From Eledone cirrhosa (Eukaryota): DNA of 64,000 nucleotides. The number at the start of each line of letters is the position of its first letter. The first letter of the stretch is position 1. The position numbers and the translations under genes were made by a program. Below, piece after piece: positions 1 to 15,504 of the stretch. A model generated the notes under the pieces. The model ran no database searches, was not told the DNA's origin, and was given only the letters and a program-made list of their open reading frames with translations. The stretch covers positions 214,706,001-214,770,000 of the forward strand of contig OZ024742.1 of assembly GCA_964016885.1 (NCBI GenBank). The letters run 5' to 3'.

Positions 1-1277
1 TCAGAACCATAATTTTTTTGTAAACATCTTCCAGCCTCCCTACATCTATATCACCAAGATGGGAAAGCAATATCTACAAACATCTACCAATTATCATGTC
101 AGCCCATAACTCAATCTAGCATTTTCTGTTGTTTATTCTTTCGGACCAAACAATTATATCTACATATCTCTCATTAGCACCCATGATCTCTAACAGATAA
201 ACTTAATTCTAAGTACATTATCTTATTACCCTTACACTCCTTGAAACTCTTATTTTCTTATTTTCTTATTATTACTATTATGATCATCTCAATGTACCCT
301 ATCCCTAATTTTATTCATCATGTTCTCTATCTATTTACCATGCATATTTGATTGTTGATTTATTGTCTTAATTATACGCTATTTGTCATCGAAGTTGTGA
401 AAACTAAACCCCCATGATTCGAACTAACAATCCCAACATTTAAGAAAAGCCATCTAAACCTTAAAATACTGAATCTACAATTTCACTTAGTACTACCTAA
501 GAACCATTTATCTTTATACACTAACTCTGTCAATATAACTAAGTTAATACAACGAAAATACTTATCTATCAGACCATAAATCAATCTCCGGTGTATTGCT
601 AGCATGCCTTTAGATCACAGTACACTTGTATCTAGATCACTCATAATTGCACTTAAAGAAGCTGATTCCAGAAATCTGACTCTGGGTACATTTTATTAGT
701 TATCTCTTCATCCCTCAAAAACTACGTCTAAAGTAACCTATAGTAGTTTTCACATGTCAAATTCATACATCTGTATCATATCAGTTCGGTTGCCATGCTA
801 GTTTTATCATCTTATCATTATATTCTATTTCTCACTTATATTGATGTTATTAATTTAACTATTCAGTATCTAGTTATTTTGTTATTGATATTATTGTTCT
901 AGTCTAATACCACTCCTCTATAAAAGCCATGCCTTGTGTATTATCCTCACATTCGCTCGCTCTGATGAATTAACTGGTTATAAACAAAGTATTGGAGATC
1001 AATTGACGCAACATCTAGCGATTAGCGAACTCTAGACCTACCAGATCAAAGAAACAATTGTCAGCACTGTGAATAAAGCCCTTATTGTACAGACAACCAT
1101 GTTACTCTTATGTCTTGAATTATTATTACTCCGTGAACTCGCCGTGAACTCGCTGCATCCCTATGGAAGTGTCTTGTTGAGTCAAACTAAAGCATACGTT
1201 AATACCATCCACAACACGGAGTACTCTAACTGGACTACCTCTAAGTGGATTGCCTATAACGATAACTTGTTATCCCG
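1..1277 (+). mobile_element. Penelope-like element 3' UTR/pseudo-LTR remnant
   Basis: Region ~900-1277 aligns by eye with 22990-23367 (TATA, HHR, AATAAA, terminal gataac-w-tgttatccc), which follows a GIY-YIG remnant. Confidence 0.6.
947..1072 (+). ncRNA. Type I hammerhead ribozyme with 82-nt stem II insert (family D)
   Basis: CTGATGA 962-968, GAAAC-AATT-GTC 1051-1062; stem I gct/agc plus tcaca/tgtga; ctggt/accag within stem II. Confidence 0.65.
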
Positions 1278-1545
<268 letters not shown>

Positions 1546-2279
1546 TTAATTTTTACGTGAAATTTGTACATATATATATTCCATAACCATTATCAGTTGG
1601 CAATATGCTAATATGAACAGAAACTGAGAGATATTCATAGAGATCGATGAAGTCTTGAAGTACGTGGAAGAAATAACTACATTTGGAAAGACGTAAACCC
1701 ATTAAACAGCTAAAACGTATCTCTTCATTCAATTGACAATTGCAATGATAGATATTACTTCGAAAATGTTATGCTTTCCCTATCAAATTATCTCCAATTG
1801 CCCTATTTAACACCCGTATAGCACAGGTAGTAATGTGATTATATGATCTATAATTATAATTGAATTCATGAATATGTATTTTATATTTTACTGATTCTTA
1901 TGGACAAAGTTATGGATTCGTCAGCTTGTAGATTTCCATAGAAAATATACCCTCCGAGATTACTATACCTCTTCAAAAAGATAAATGAGCTTGAGAAGTT
2001 GAATTCAACACTATGGTTTTCAAACAAAAACATGCTACCTAAGTGTATCACAGATGCCCATGCAGCATTCTGCGATACATCTTTTCTGTTACCTAGATTA
2101 TGGAATTGCTGATTTATTTATCATTTCTTATGAGTGCAGTCCATTACGTTTTGAATATGAACTGCTGGGAATATTAAAGTTAATTCAACTATCATCTAGT
2201 CTGATTTGGGTTTGACCAAATAAAGATAATTACATTGAATTTTCATCGCATATCCTCCGATATTAAGAAAAATACAAAA

Positions 2280-2478
2280 GTGCAGTGGACTGGAGTATCG
2301 GTAGAGCGCCGGACAACATGCTTCAGAGCATAGAGTTGCCTCCCTGAGTTCAAATCCCGTCAATGTTAGCTTTGCCTTTGATCCTTACGGGGTCGATAAA
2401 ATAAAAACCGCATTATTGCATTAATCGACTTTCCCATCCTCCCGAATTGCTGGCTAAGTGCCTTTAGTAGGAACCATT
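2280..2478 (+). mobile_element. tRNA-derived SINE with Nin/Deu-like central domain
   Basis: A-box-like tggagtatcgg, B box gagttcaaatcc, central gcctttgatccttacggggtcgataaaataaa; several copies in the window. Confidence 0.8.
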
Positions 2479-4414
2479 AAAATATATACAAAAATGAATA
2501 AACTGATCACGATATGGCCACTTCAAAAAATCATTTGGAAAGCTATTGGGAGTGAAGATTTCTATTGGAAAAACAAAAGTTTACGGTTCTCAAAATGTTA
2601 TATACAAATATAACAGTAGAGAAAAATGATATGAAATATTCTTCATAATGTATAATAATATCTTTGTGGTGAAAATTCGTTACTCTTATTCAAAATGACA
2701 GTTCCCCAAATGAGTCAAGTAACTTTTCCTTTTGAGCTGAGGATAAATCTGATTTACACAGCACATTTATGTTTACTTTTCACGAGTTTCACTGTATTTG
2801 AAACTGTATTTCTGCCTTAACGAGTGTAGAGTTTGCTGATATTCTAACACATGTTCTATTTATTGTTGTGTTAAAGAAACCGTATTTTAATATAAAGCAA
2901 TTGTAAACGTATTCTTTACGAAAGTCATTCTACTTATTACAATATTCATCTTCAATTTCAAATGTTTCAAATGGCTGATATGAAAGATGGAATTCAAAAC
3001 AAAAAAAATCATAGACACAAATCACTGCCAATATAAACGTAATGATAATTTTATTCATATTTTATCTCTTTCGACGCCACCAATGAAAAAATATCAAAAC
3101 TGCTTAAAATTTAAGGTTTGTCAATACTGCTTGTTTGTTTCCGAAAAGCATACACACAACCTATCTCTCCAGGGCTTATATTTGCTTAGTTTCCGTCTGT
3201 TTTAAAATCTCGAATACGCCGCCAGTACTTTATTTACTCCTGATAAGTTGGATGTGATGTCTGTTATACACACAGACAGAAGATAAATCAATGGAGTGAC
3301 ATACACATATTCATCATAACAAGAAATCTCTGATCTACTCACGTGATTTATCTTAAAATGACATTCGTTATTCCAAGTCCTCTACTTTCAGATAGACCAG
3401 ATCAAAGTTTGAGAGACACACCCAGCATTTTAAAATTACCCTTTCCATGTTTCGACTGTAGATTTCGCTGTAACTACTACTCCAGAACCCTTCTTCTCCA
3501 GAATGGCAACCCTCTGTTATGCACGTACGACCAACCTATTCACAACATGCATTCACATAGAATATAAATTGTTTCATTCTGTTTCGGTTGGACATCAGTG
3601 TTTGTTGTTACACTCTGCCCCTCGGGTAAACCCGAAGTAATTTAAAACAGATAATTTTATTCATGTGCTGTGAAGCATGTTGAAGGAATAAGCATAACAC
3701 AAAATTAGGCTATATTGGTATTTGGATGCAATAAGCTAGAGTAAACACCCGAAAGCATATTTGCCTATAACATAACAAGTCTTGCTGTCAACCTCCTGCA
3801 ATATAAAATTATTTCATCGACTCTGAATACAAATACAAATTTGGCCTTGACAATTCTGATATCATAAATACATTTCTCAAATTCAGCAATCAATGTAGTA
3901 ACTAATTAGAAAGCTGAATTATCCTTCTACATCAACCTCGGTAGAGAGGAGAATGATAGGCGTGTTTACAGCAGTTTAGCGAAGGCGTTTTGTTCTTGAT
4001 GGCCATGGCAAAATATTATTTATCTTCGGAATAAAGCAGTAACAATTTTCGAGCTTTGAATAAATTAACTAAAACGGATGTGGAGCTGGCACATTAATTC
4101 TGGTGGCCCTGTAGTCTAGTTTTTGTGGAAAGAAGTTCTATATTTTAGAGAATTTGCTTTTAATATTTTTAAAAGGATATCAAAGCCTGTTCGTAACTAA
4201 AGTTTTTCTCGGTAAAAGAATTGTATGACTAGGGATAGAAGAGAAATTAGCATAAATCAGGTATATGATCTTAACAAAACGAAAATCGGATATAAGTATG
4301 AAGATACATTAAGAGTTATTGATTTAGCTAAACATATCACACTCATATTCAGGGTTTTCAATGTTAAATATGGTACGTAGAAAATTACTTTATAACAGAA
4401 AGTTCGGATATAGA

Positions 4415-4575
4415 TATAGACGGCAAATAGGTAGAATCGTTAAAATGTCAGATAGAAAATTTGCGATATTCGTTTCAGCTCTCTGCTCTCTGAGTTCAAA
4501 TATCGCTGAGATCCACTTAGTCTTTGATGTTTTGAACGTCGATAAAGCAGTATCAGTCAAGTAGTGAGCTCGATT
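4415..4575 (+). mobile_element. Degenerate copy of the same SINE
   Basis: ctctgagttcaaat...ctttgatgttttgaacgtcgataaagcagtatcagt. Confidence 0.55.
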
Positions 4576-5103
4576 CTACCTATATATCTCTTTCTTACTT
4601 CCATACTCTAACTCTCTCTCCCTCTGGAAGAAATGGGCTGTATTCAGACCTGGAGAGTGGATGATTCCACCAGCTTTTAAAATGTCTTAGAAATGGCATA
4701 TCTAAAACTTCCTAGGGATTTCGCGGACCATATATGCATGCATAGGAATACGAGTGGGCATACACGGGCTAATTTCTGCTCTGAAAATGTATAAAAAGTG
4801 TTCATGCATGGCCAACTCCAGATCAATTACATCGAAATAAAATTAATTACATAATTATAGCAAGGTAATGGAAAAAAAAAACGAATTTGTATCATACATG
4901 TTTCTTATTGTCGATCACATCATGAAAAGTTGGAGGCAAAATGGAATCGGAAGCTGACATTTAAAAAGAAAAAAATATGAAATATCACCTTGAAGTGAAA
5001 TATGAAAGAATTTCAAAAGAATTTATGAACTATGTTAATGCATGTATGACCATTTCTAGGTTCCAAATGATCAGGGCAAGATATATATACTCAATTTTTA
5101 TTG

Positions 5104-5335
5104 ATATATGTATATGTATGTATGTGTATGTGTATATATATATGTATATATATATATATATATGTGTGTGTGTATATGTGTGTGTAAATATATATATGTG
5201 TGTGTGTGTGTGTATATGTGTGTGTAAATATATATATGTGTGTGTGTATATGTGTGTGTAAATATATATATGTGTGTGTGTGTGTGTGTATGTGTGTGTA
5301 AATATATATATGTGTATATATATATGTATGTGTGT
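5104..5335. repeat. TA/TG compound minisatellite
   Basis: Repeated (tg)n-tatatgtgtgtgtaaatatatata units. Confidence 0.9.
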
Positions 5336-5451
5336 AAAACAAAACCTGACAAAAAAGGCGGAAGAACTGATAAGAGTCAACGGCCATCCAAAAATGTGTA
5401 AATATGTATATACACATGTACATATGTATGTGTATGTATATACGTGTGTAT

Positions 5452-8400
5452 ATGCCTGGGGTGTCAGGGAGTGGAATGTACCCCTGTAGGGGGGGGGGGG
5501 GCTAGCGACGCCCTTTTCAGGACAGCTCGTCCTGTATTGGGTCCCACCTGACACTCAGTTCTCACATGTGGCCCCCAGAAGCTGTAGCATACGTTAGCGT
5601 TCAGTTCACACCGTGGTAAACCGCATTGGCTGGTGAGCCTAACTAGGTTGAGGGTAGCCGGACGGGTCTAAAACCCCGGTGAGTTAGATAGGGGTTGCCT
5701 ATTCCTGCATGCGAAGCTGGACCCGGCGGAGTGAGTGGAGAAGGGCAACATCGTCCTAACGGTCAAGAAGGCGACGACAGCAAGCGGTGTGGAGCGCTAG
5801 GACACGGCAAGGCACTACAAAGGTCGTGGCCATCCACTGCTGCCAAGGAAGTCCCTGGTCCTGACGGTCCTCCGTACCACCGGATTCTGGCTTCTGCGGC
5901 CGAGTGAGTGGGACCGTCACTGTGCACTGTCCCTCCCACTATAAACCTTTCCCACACAGGTTTCTTCTTTATCGTTCACTCCCATAGCCCTGCGGCGATG
6001 GACCAGAGGCGGAGGTAACAGGTGGTGGTAACCTCTGGGCGTACCAGTCTCAAACCCACACGTGGGCGGCCTGGATGCGCAAGTCGTTCTCCTCCTGACC
6101 CTGGGATGACATAGAAGATTAGGCGTTCGACCTGGCGACTAAGCAGCCCTTCTCCGAGGATCACTGCTCACTCTCACACGAGGGGAGGGGCGATAAAAGG
6201 AGCCCTAACCAAATGCTCGTCCCACACAAAGCCGGCCAGTCTACTGCGGCTGGCGATTTTACCCTACCGAGCGGTCAAAACCAACATAATACAAAGAAGA
6301 ACTTGATTCTTGGCGCATGGAATGTATGCACGCTCATGGATAGGGAAACCTCCTTGAGGCCAGAGAGAAGAACTGCCCTCATAGCGGGAGAATTAGCTCG
6401 CTAGCAGATCGACATAGCCGCCTTCAGCGAGACTAGACTCGCCGACGAAGGATCAGTAGCAGAACCAAAAGGAGGCCACACCTTCTGGAAGGGCAATGCA
6501 AAGGACGAGGACAGAATCCACGGGGTAGACCTGGCCATCAGGACTTCGCTCTGAAAGTAGCTACCAGACCTCCCAACACCTGTGAGTGACCGGCTGATGA
6601 AGCTCCGCTACCCGCTCGACCCATCTCGGCATGTCACAGTCATCAGCGCGTACGCCCCCACTCTCACCAGCAGCATTGAAGCAAGGGACACTTTCTACGG
6701 GGAACTCAACACAGTTTTGAAGCGATAAACTCATCCTACTGGGGTACTTCAGCGCAAGAGTCGGGTCTCACAGCAGCAACTGGAGAGGCGTTCTGGGACC
6801 TCACGGCACAGGGAAATTGAACTCTAGCGGCCACGTTGGGTTTCTGCGCCGAGAACGAACTCAGCACACTATTCCGCCAGGCAGAATAGTTCAAGACGAC
6901 ATGGATGCACCCCAGATTCAAACAGTGGCATTTGATTGACTTTGCCATATTCCGCAGGGCGGACATCCGTCAGAATCACCAGGGACATGCGTGGAGCAGA
7001 GTATTGGACCGACCATCGCCTTGTCAGGACCATCCAGTCACAGCACATCACCCCGAAGCATTGCAAGACTCCGAAAGTCTGTAGGCCAGCTTTGGACGTC
7101 GCACGACTCAAGCAGCCAGAGCATCGTGATGCGTTCGTGGAAGACCTGGACGGCCGGCTGATTGCCCATGGACCACTGACCGGACCCAACTCAACAATGG
7201 GACCAGTTCAGGTCGCTGGTGACAGAGTCAGCCAAGGCAACCATCGGGTCGAGGAAGAGAGTCCTCCAGGAATCGTTGGATGAAAACTATGAGCGCATCA
7301 GACAACTCCTGGACGAGAAGAGGAGGGCTTTCATTGAGTGGCAGAATGACAGCTCCTCCAGCTCGAAGCGTGACCGCTTCAAGCACCTCCAGAGGCAGAC
7401 CCAAGCGGCGCTACTCATAATGCAGGACAAGTGGTTGGAAAAGAAGTAGTCGAGAGATACGCTGACACAAAGAACTCCAAGATGTTCTTCAGCGCCATCG
7501 GAGACGTCTACGGACCCCCCAAACCTGTCACCACACCGCTGCTGACGGCTCGATCCTGCTGAAGGACAAGAGCAGCATCAACTCGAAGTGGAGAGAGCAC
7601 TTCAGCAACCTGCTCAACAGGCCCTCCACTGTCGACCCTGCCGCCCTCGATCTGGTCTCACAGAAGCCCGTAGTCGGTAGCCTCGACCTACACCCCAGGT
7701 TGGATAAAGTCACGAAGGCAATCAACCAAACCAGCTCAGGAAAAGCCCCTGAGAAGGACGGGTTTCTTGCGGAGATCTTCAAGTCGACTGCCACGGGAGC
7801 CTTTCACACCCTCCTCGTTAGCATATGGGAGGAAGTCGAGGTGCCCAAATACTTCAGGGATGCCACAGTTGTCTCGCCTTTTAAGAACAAAGGCAGAAAA
7901 ACTGACTGTGGAAACTATCCGGGAATTTCTCTCCTGTCCATTGCTGGGAAGGTCCTGCCTCGGGTCATGCTCAATCGTTTCGTCGCCACCATTCAGAGGA
8001 CAACTGCCAGAAGCCCAGAGTGGGTTCCGCCCAAACCGCATCACAATGGACATGATATTCTCTGTACGCCAGGTGCAGAGGTGTGTCGAGCAGAACATGG
8101 ACCTCTTTGCCGTCTTTATAGACTTGACGAAGGCCTTCGATAGTGTCAACATAGAGGCCCTCTGGTCGATCCTGTCGAAGTTTGGATGCCCGACAAATTT
8201 CGTGAACCTGATACGGCAATTCCATGACGACATGACCGGGCAGGTGCGCTCGGGCGGAGAGGCATCGGAGCCGTTCGGAATCACCAACGGCGTCAAGCAA
8301 GGATGCGTGCTGGCTCCCGTCCTCTTCAACCTGTTCTTCACCTGCGTGCTCAATCATGCCGCCAGGGATCTCGAGCATGGAGTGTATCTGTGATACAGAC

Positions 8401-9440
8401 TGGACGGCTCCCTGTTTGACCAGCGGCGCCTGACGGCCAAGACAATGACCGTGCAGAGGATCATCCTGGAGGCACTTTTTGCTGACGACTTTGCCCTCAT
8501 GGCACACATGGAGTCTGACCACCAAGTCATCGTCAACAAGTTCTTCGGTCTCACAATTAGCCTTGGCAAGACAGGTCCTGCTCCAGTCTGCACCTGCTTC
8601 CGAGGCCCACTCTCCTTCCATCTCCATTGGAGGCACCCAGCTAAATACGGTGGACGACTTCAAGTACCTCGGCAGTGTCATCAACAGCGATGGAAGCTTC
8701 GATAAGGAGATAAATGCCAGGATCTGCAAGACCCGTCCAGAACCTTGGCCGTCTGTGTATATGCGTCCTGAACCAGCACTACATAAGGCAGTCCACCAAG
8801 CTCAAGGTGCACAGAGCCGTTGTTCTCACCAGCCTCCTCTATGGAGCCTGTACAGAAGGTACGCGAAGCAACTGGAGCGGTTCCACATGCGCAGCCTGCG
8901 GTCAAGCCTGAACATCAAATGGCAGGACAAGGTCTCCAACCTCGAAGTTCTTGACATGGCTGAGACAACAAGTGACGAAGCTATGATACTGAAGAGCCGA
9001 CTTCGATACGTGGGACATGTTATCCGGATGGACGATCACAGGCTTCCGAAGTAACTGATGTATGGGGAACTCTGTTCGGGGAAACGAAAGAGGGGCAGGC
9101 CTCTCAAGAGGTTCAAACACTGCGTGAAGTCCAGTATCAACAACACTGGAATTGCCCCAAAACAACTCGAGCCCCATGCTCAGGACAAGACTGATTGGCG
9201 AGCCCTTACCACAACGCGCCATAGACTCTTTTGAAGAGAAGAGACGGGCAGAGGTCACAGAGGCCCGTGAAAAGAGGAGAAAGGCATCAACAGCTACCCC
9301 AAGCGACCCCGGTCTCTTCCCTTCCCCCACTGTCCCCGGACCTGCAAGTCAAGGATCGGCCCCAGAGCCACCTTCATGCCCAAGGCAGACAGGAGCTAAA
9401 ATAAAGAAGATGTCATCATCGTTTACGATGGACAACCAAG
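5452..9440 (+). mobile_element. Full-length, decayed RTE-clade LINE
   Basis: GC-rich ~760-bp 5' UTR, APE endonuclease, RT, C-terminal Zn motif; flanked by TA/TG repeats. Confidence 0.92.
6213..9400 (+). pseudogene. RTE APE endonuclease-reverse transcriptase ORF with frameshifts and stops
   Basis: LGAWNV-TLMD, ERRTALIA-EL, SAYAPT, WTDHRLV, QSGFRP, FIDLTKAFDSV, GVKQGCVLAP, LFADD, FKYLGS, LRYVGHV, PHCPRTCKSRIG. Confidence 0.92.
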
Positions 9441-9859
9441 ATGTGTATGTATATATGTGTGTGTGTGTGTGTATATGTATGAATGTATATTTATATACAT
9501 ATTATTTGTAAGAAGGTGTATGCACATGTATATAATTGTAAGTATGTATATTCAATGTGTATACGAGTGTATATATGTATAAGCACACGTATCAGTATAT
9601 ATGTGTACGCACGCGTGTGTGTATATATCAGTTTAAATGAGAGTGTGTGCCTGTTATTTTAAGTACGACGCTGTGAGGATATGCGTGTGTGTATCCATAC
9701 TGTGGGGTGTCTCCCTGAAGTCTTTAGAGAAACGGTCCTCCAGGCAATGGCATATTTATCCGATAAGCATGGACGTACAAAAGGAAAATCGGAGGGCATA
9801 GACTATATGGGTTGCGGTACTGAACCATTAGTGTCTGTGAGTGAGGTGAAGTTAGAAAC

Positions 9860-12040
9860 GAAGAGACAGGTGTTACCGTGAAGATTAGAACATGGACGGG
9901 AGACAGGTGAGTCTTAGGAGAAGAAAGGAAGCTACTGAGTACCAGATGTTCACAGAGATTACGGGCTCGCTTAAAGCTGGTGATGGGTGGAGAGAAGCGA
10001 GAAGAAACTGGAACAGAAAATTGGGTATGTAGCGAAAGAAGATGTCACCGTGGAGGTAGGCTGATAGGCGAAGGGGAAAGGAAGGTGATGTGGGGTGAGT
10101 GGGCTTTTGTATGTGGGGTTTCACGGACACGGGTGACGGTAGCTTTGATGTGAGTGGGGGTACATCAACGCTGGATGAAGCGGGAAGCCATGTATTAGGA
10201 TTGGGTCTGGAAATCGTGGTTCTGGATACAGAGCCAACGAACATGGAGGAATTGGGGGAAGGGTATGTAGAGATTATTGGGGATGGAATGGAAAGAGGGG
10301 AACTTGAGTTAGGAATGGGAATTATTGGGTTTATATGAAGAAAGGGTGTGATAAGTTTGATCAATAGATAGAGAGATGTCGAGAAATTGGATTGGAGATT
10401 TAGAGACGGAGGATATGAAGGTGAAGGCAGTATGAAAGACAAGACGAAAGTAAGGAGTCAAGCTGTTCAGAGAGAGCTGGTACCGGAAAAGTTGTCGATG
10501 TAACGACTATATAGCTCAGGGGTCGGACCATAGTACTGGAAGATGATATATGCCTCAACTTAGCTAATGAACAAGTTGGTGTAGTTAGGTCATATTTGGC
10601 ACCCATGGCTATCCTAGAGAACTGTTGGTAAAACTCTCATGAAAAGGTAAAACCATTGAGAGTGAGAACGAACTCAGCAAAGCGGGGAAAATTAGAAGTA
10701 AAAGGGTAGGGTGTAGGGGGCAAGTCTAAAATATGTCGGAGAATGCAGAGGACCACATCGTGAGGGATTACGTTGTAGAGAGAGTTGATGTCCAGGGTAA
10801 AGAGGAAGCGAGAGGGACCAGAAGCAATGGAGGAGTTAAGCAGTCGTAGGGCACGATTTGGGTCGTCGATGTATGAAGGGAGGTCGGTTACTAGTGGTGC
10901 AAGGAGGCTGCCAAATTATTGGGAGATTATTTCTGTAGGACAGTTATAGGTGGAAACAAGAGGGCGGCCAGGAATATCGCTTTATGAATTTTGGGGAGGA
11001 AGTAGATGGTGGGTGTACGAAGGGTGCGTAGTATAAGATTAGTATTAGTAGGGAATAGGAGAGAGGTGGAGATGAGTTGGCAAATTGTGGAGGACACGAA
11101 TTGTGGGGAGTCTGCGCTGAGGTCAGACAATAAAGCCCGGTAATATTTGGTGTTGTGAAGCTGGCGGAGTCCATCAGTCATGTAGATGTCAGCGTGTTAC
11201 ACCTCCACGGTACCACCTTTATCAGTGAGTTTAATGACAATGTCACCTCAGCGCTGTAAACGGTGCAGAGAGGAGAATTCAACCTGAGTGAGCTTGTGAC
11301 GACGAGATTACTTTTCGAAACTGAAGCCGTGCCAAGTACATCGGCATATCTCCACAAATGTGTTACGTTTGTTGAAATGTTCAAAACTCGGCGTCCACTG
11401 TGATTACCGGCGCCTGAGAATTGTGATATATTCTCTTTGGGCCGATGATGGTGTTTTGTAGTCTTAGGTAAAGTAAGACCCGTTCCAGAGGAGACGTGTT
11501 CAGAACTCGTCGAAGGTGGATGAGGTGGATATGAAACATAAACCCTTGGCGAGGAATGAATGCTCAGCTACGGATAGTAGTAGATTAGGGGTAGGTTGAC
11601 AACAGTATGGGAGGTAGGTGAGAGAGAAAAATTCGTGGAGGGCAGGTGCTGTTATTGTTAGGTATAGTGTGTGTCGAGTCAATGGCTGGGGGAGGGTGGA
11701 GGTGCGTGCAACGAGAGAGTTAATAGAGTTAGGACTGTGAGTGAGGTGGGTGCTTGTCTTGACGGCAGACAGAGAGTGGAGTTAAACAAGGTTTTGTATC
11801 TTGACGGAGGTTACAAAATTGAAGCGCGGAGTCAATTACGATGGAAGATGAATTGAACGATGAATTGGGCAAGGATGGGATGGCCAATAAAGTAGAGAAG
11901 AAGGTAGGCTTTGGGGAGATCTCGGCTGATAGAACGGATTTGAGATGGGTTCGATAGGAACATTAACAGCATGTAAGATGAGATGAAGTGAGAAGCGGAT
12001 ACGGGTAGGTTCAGTGGTGGAAAGGGGGTAGGATGCACCA
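9860..12040 (-). mobile_element. Penelope-like element, decayed RT region
   Basis: Minus-strand pieces LAKGLCF, TPTIYFLPKIHK, LFTLDINSLY, AMG, a YIDD-like motif; homologous to 17160-17270. Confidence 0.8.
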
Positions 12041-12071
12041 TATGTATATATGTATGTGTTATAATATATAT

Positions 12072-12110
<39 letters not shown>

Positions 12111-12805
12111 CATATACAGGCACCATAGGTGTTGAATATTTCTTTACATTCGCTTCATCCTCACAACCTCCCAGATTTCTCCACCCTCACGCACGCAATG
12201 ACTTCACACATTGCAGTTCAGCTTTTTGCAGTTCAACATCCATTTCGTCGTACCAGAATCCAAGCACTTTCTCTCTCACTGACATACCACGAAATGGAAT
12301 TTAAAAGGCAACGATCCTATTAGCGACCGACGTCCTTTTCTATACAACCCATTGCGACTGCTTTACGTATGTGTCTATGTATGTATACGCAGAATTGTAT
12401 GTACATATTTATAGACCTCCTTACGTTGGTCAGTTCACGGCCACGCTCTCGTGTACACATCGATGTCTAACAGCAGCCTGCCCCCTTATGGTCTAACCTC
12501 CATCATTGAAACCGTTGCACAAAAAAACTAACAGCTTTACACACGCACACACACACACGTATACACACAAGAACGTACATACACTCTAGCACACACGCAC
12601 ACACATGTCTACTCAAAATGTACAATGACTATTTCCCTTTCTAAGCTTCTCTAATACTTAAAATGCTCACTGACTAGCATTTCCCCAAAACGGTCGACTG
12701 AATACACACGTTTTTTTTTTCTCAAATACAGTTTTTCCGTTGCTTCCTCTCCTTACTCACTAACTTTCTATTTAATCTTTTATTTCTAATTGTGATGTAG
12801 CAATA

Positions 12806-12883
<78 letters not shown>

Positions 12884-12886
<3 letters not shown>

Positions 12887-13205
12887 CTGACAGGAATGTA
12901 TATATATATATATCGACTGACAGGAATGTATATATATATATATATAATCGACTGACAGGAATGTATACGGTACTGATGACAGCTAATAAGATAGAAACTA
13001 CTTCATCTTTCCTTTGTCAGTGTTGAACAAAAGAGAAACGAAGGTTGCCGAAAACTGTACGGCTTAATTCGGGCTGTTTGTTTACAAACAAACCGAACAT
13101 TACGATACATTTTGGATAAACCCATACGTACATATACATATGTGTGCATGTATATATGTATATACATACTACTGTACGTCTATATATATATACGTATGTA
13201 TACAT
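12884..13205 (+). repeat. Family A' HHR repeat, partial unit preceded by three tcgactgacaggaatgta micro-duplications
   Basis: Homologous to the 18247-19806 units; degenerate HHR ctgatgacagctaataagatagaaac at 12973-12998. Confidence 0.75.
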
Positions 13206-13230
13206 ACCTATATATATATATATATATATA

Positions 13231-13416
13231 TAATTGTTACTATTTTAGGCACAAGGTCAGCAATTAACCAGTACATTACTGGTACTTTTATTTTATCGAC
13301 CCCGTAAGGATGAAATGCAAAGTTAACCACGGCGGGATTTGAACTCAGATCATAAAGTAACTCTATGCTTCAAAGGATGGCGTCCGACTCTCTACCGATA
13401 CTGCCAATCCACCACC
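13231..13416 (-). mobile_element. tRNA-derived Nin-domain SINE
   Basis: Reverse complement matches 58311-58500. Confidence 0.85.
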
Positions 13417-14615
<1,199 letters not shown>

Positions 14616-14627
14616 ATATATATATAA

Positions 14628-14720
<93 letters not shown>

Positions 14721-14862
14721 TTGTATCCATATGTTTATCATAAAATAGTTATTACTAAATACTTGAATAGAAGATTTCCACGAGATGATGTACTGACAGC
14801 TATAGTTTTAGAAGTAGACACTCCCCGCATAAGTTTCCATCGAAGATTCTACTCGAGCTACA

Positions 14863-14913
<51 letters not shown>

Positions 14914-14970
14914 ACGCACACACACACACACACACACACACCCATACACACACACACACACACACATACA

Positions 14971-15010
<40 letters not shown>

Positions 15011-15504
15011 AATATCCACGGTTAGTTGTGGGGTCTAGTCTGCATGAAGAACTCAATATAATCCATATGTTGAAAATGTAGGTTAAAATAAATCCCGGAA
15101 AACAATAAAACATCAAAAGGGAAACAGAGTCATGATATCAGTTAAAACAATGAAATAAAAATTCAATTCATTAGGAATATACTTCACTGCTTTCGATCGT
15201 TTCTGGGTGATAATAATACATCGTACATATAATTCGTTATCGATCTATGTTAGGTTAGTTACAAAATATCAAATAAGGAATATATTTACCTACGTGTATA
15301 TCGTCAGCCGTTGTCAAAAGCAATGACAATTTTATTCAAAATCAATATTAAATTGAGTTCTATGACCTTATTTGGAGATAGCTGAAGAACAAACCAATCA
15401 AATGGTGTTTTGCCATATGATGTTAAGACGAAATATAACTCACTTTAGTTAAGGTCATGACCTTTTGAAAGGAATGGTTGAATTGTGTTAAAAATAGAAT
15501 TACT

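Noticed and set aside
7736-8729. Long minus-strand ORFs (205 and 252 aa)
   Set aside because: Antisense shadows of the GC-rich RTE RT
12884-12968. Three short direct repeats resembling a CRISPR array
   Set aside because: Spacers are only (TA)n, the context is eukaryotic and there are no cas genes
15187-15312. Minus-strand CTGACGA ... GAAAC-gatc-GAA hammerhead-like motif
   Set aside because: No NUH triplet and no convincing stem I or II
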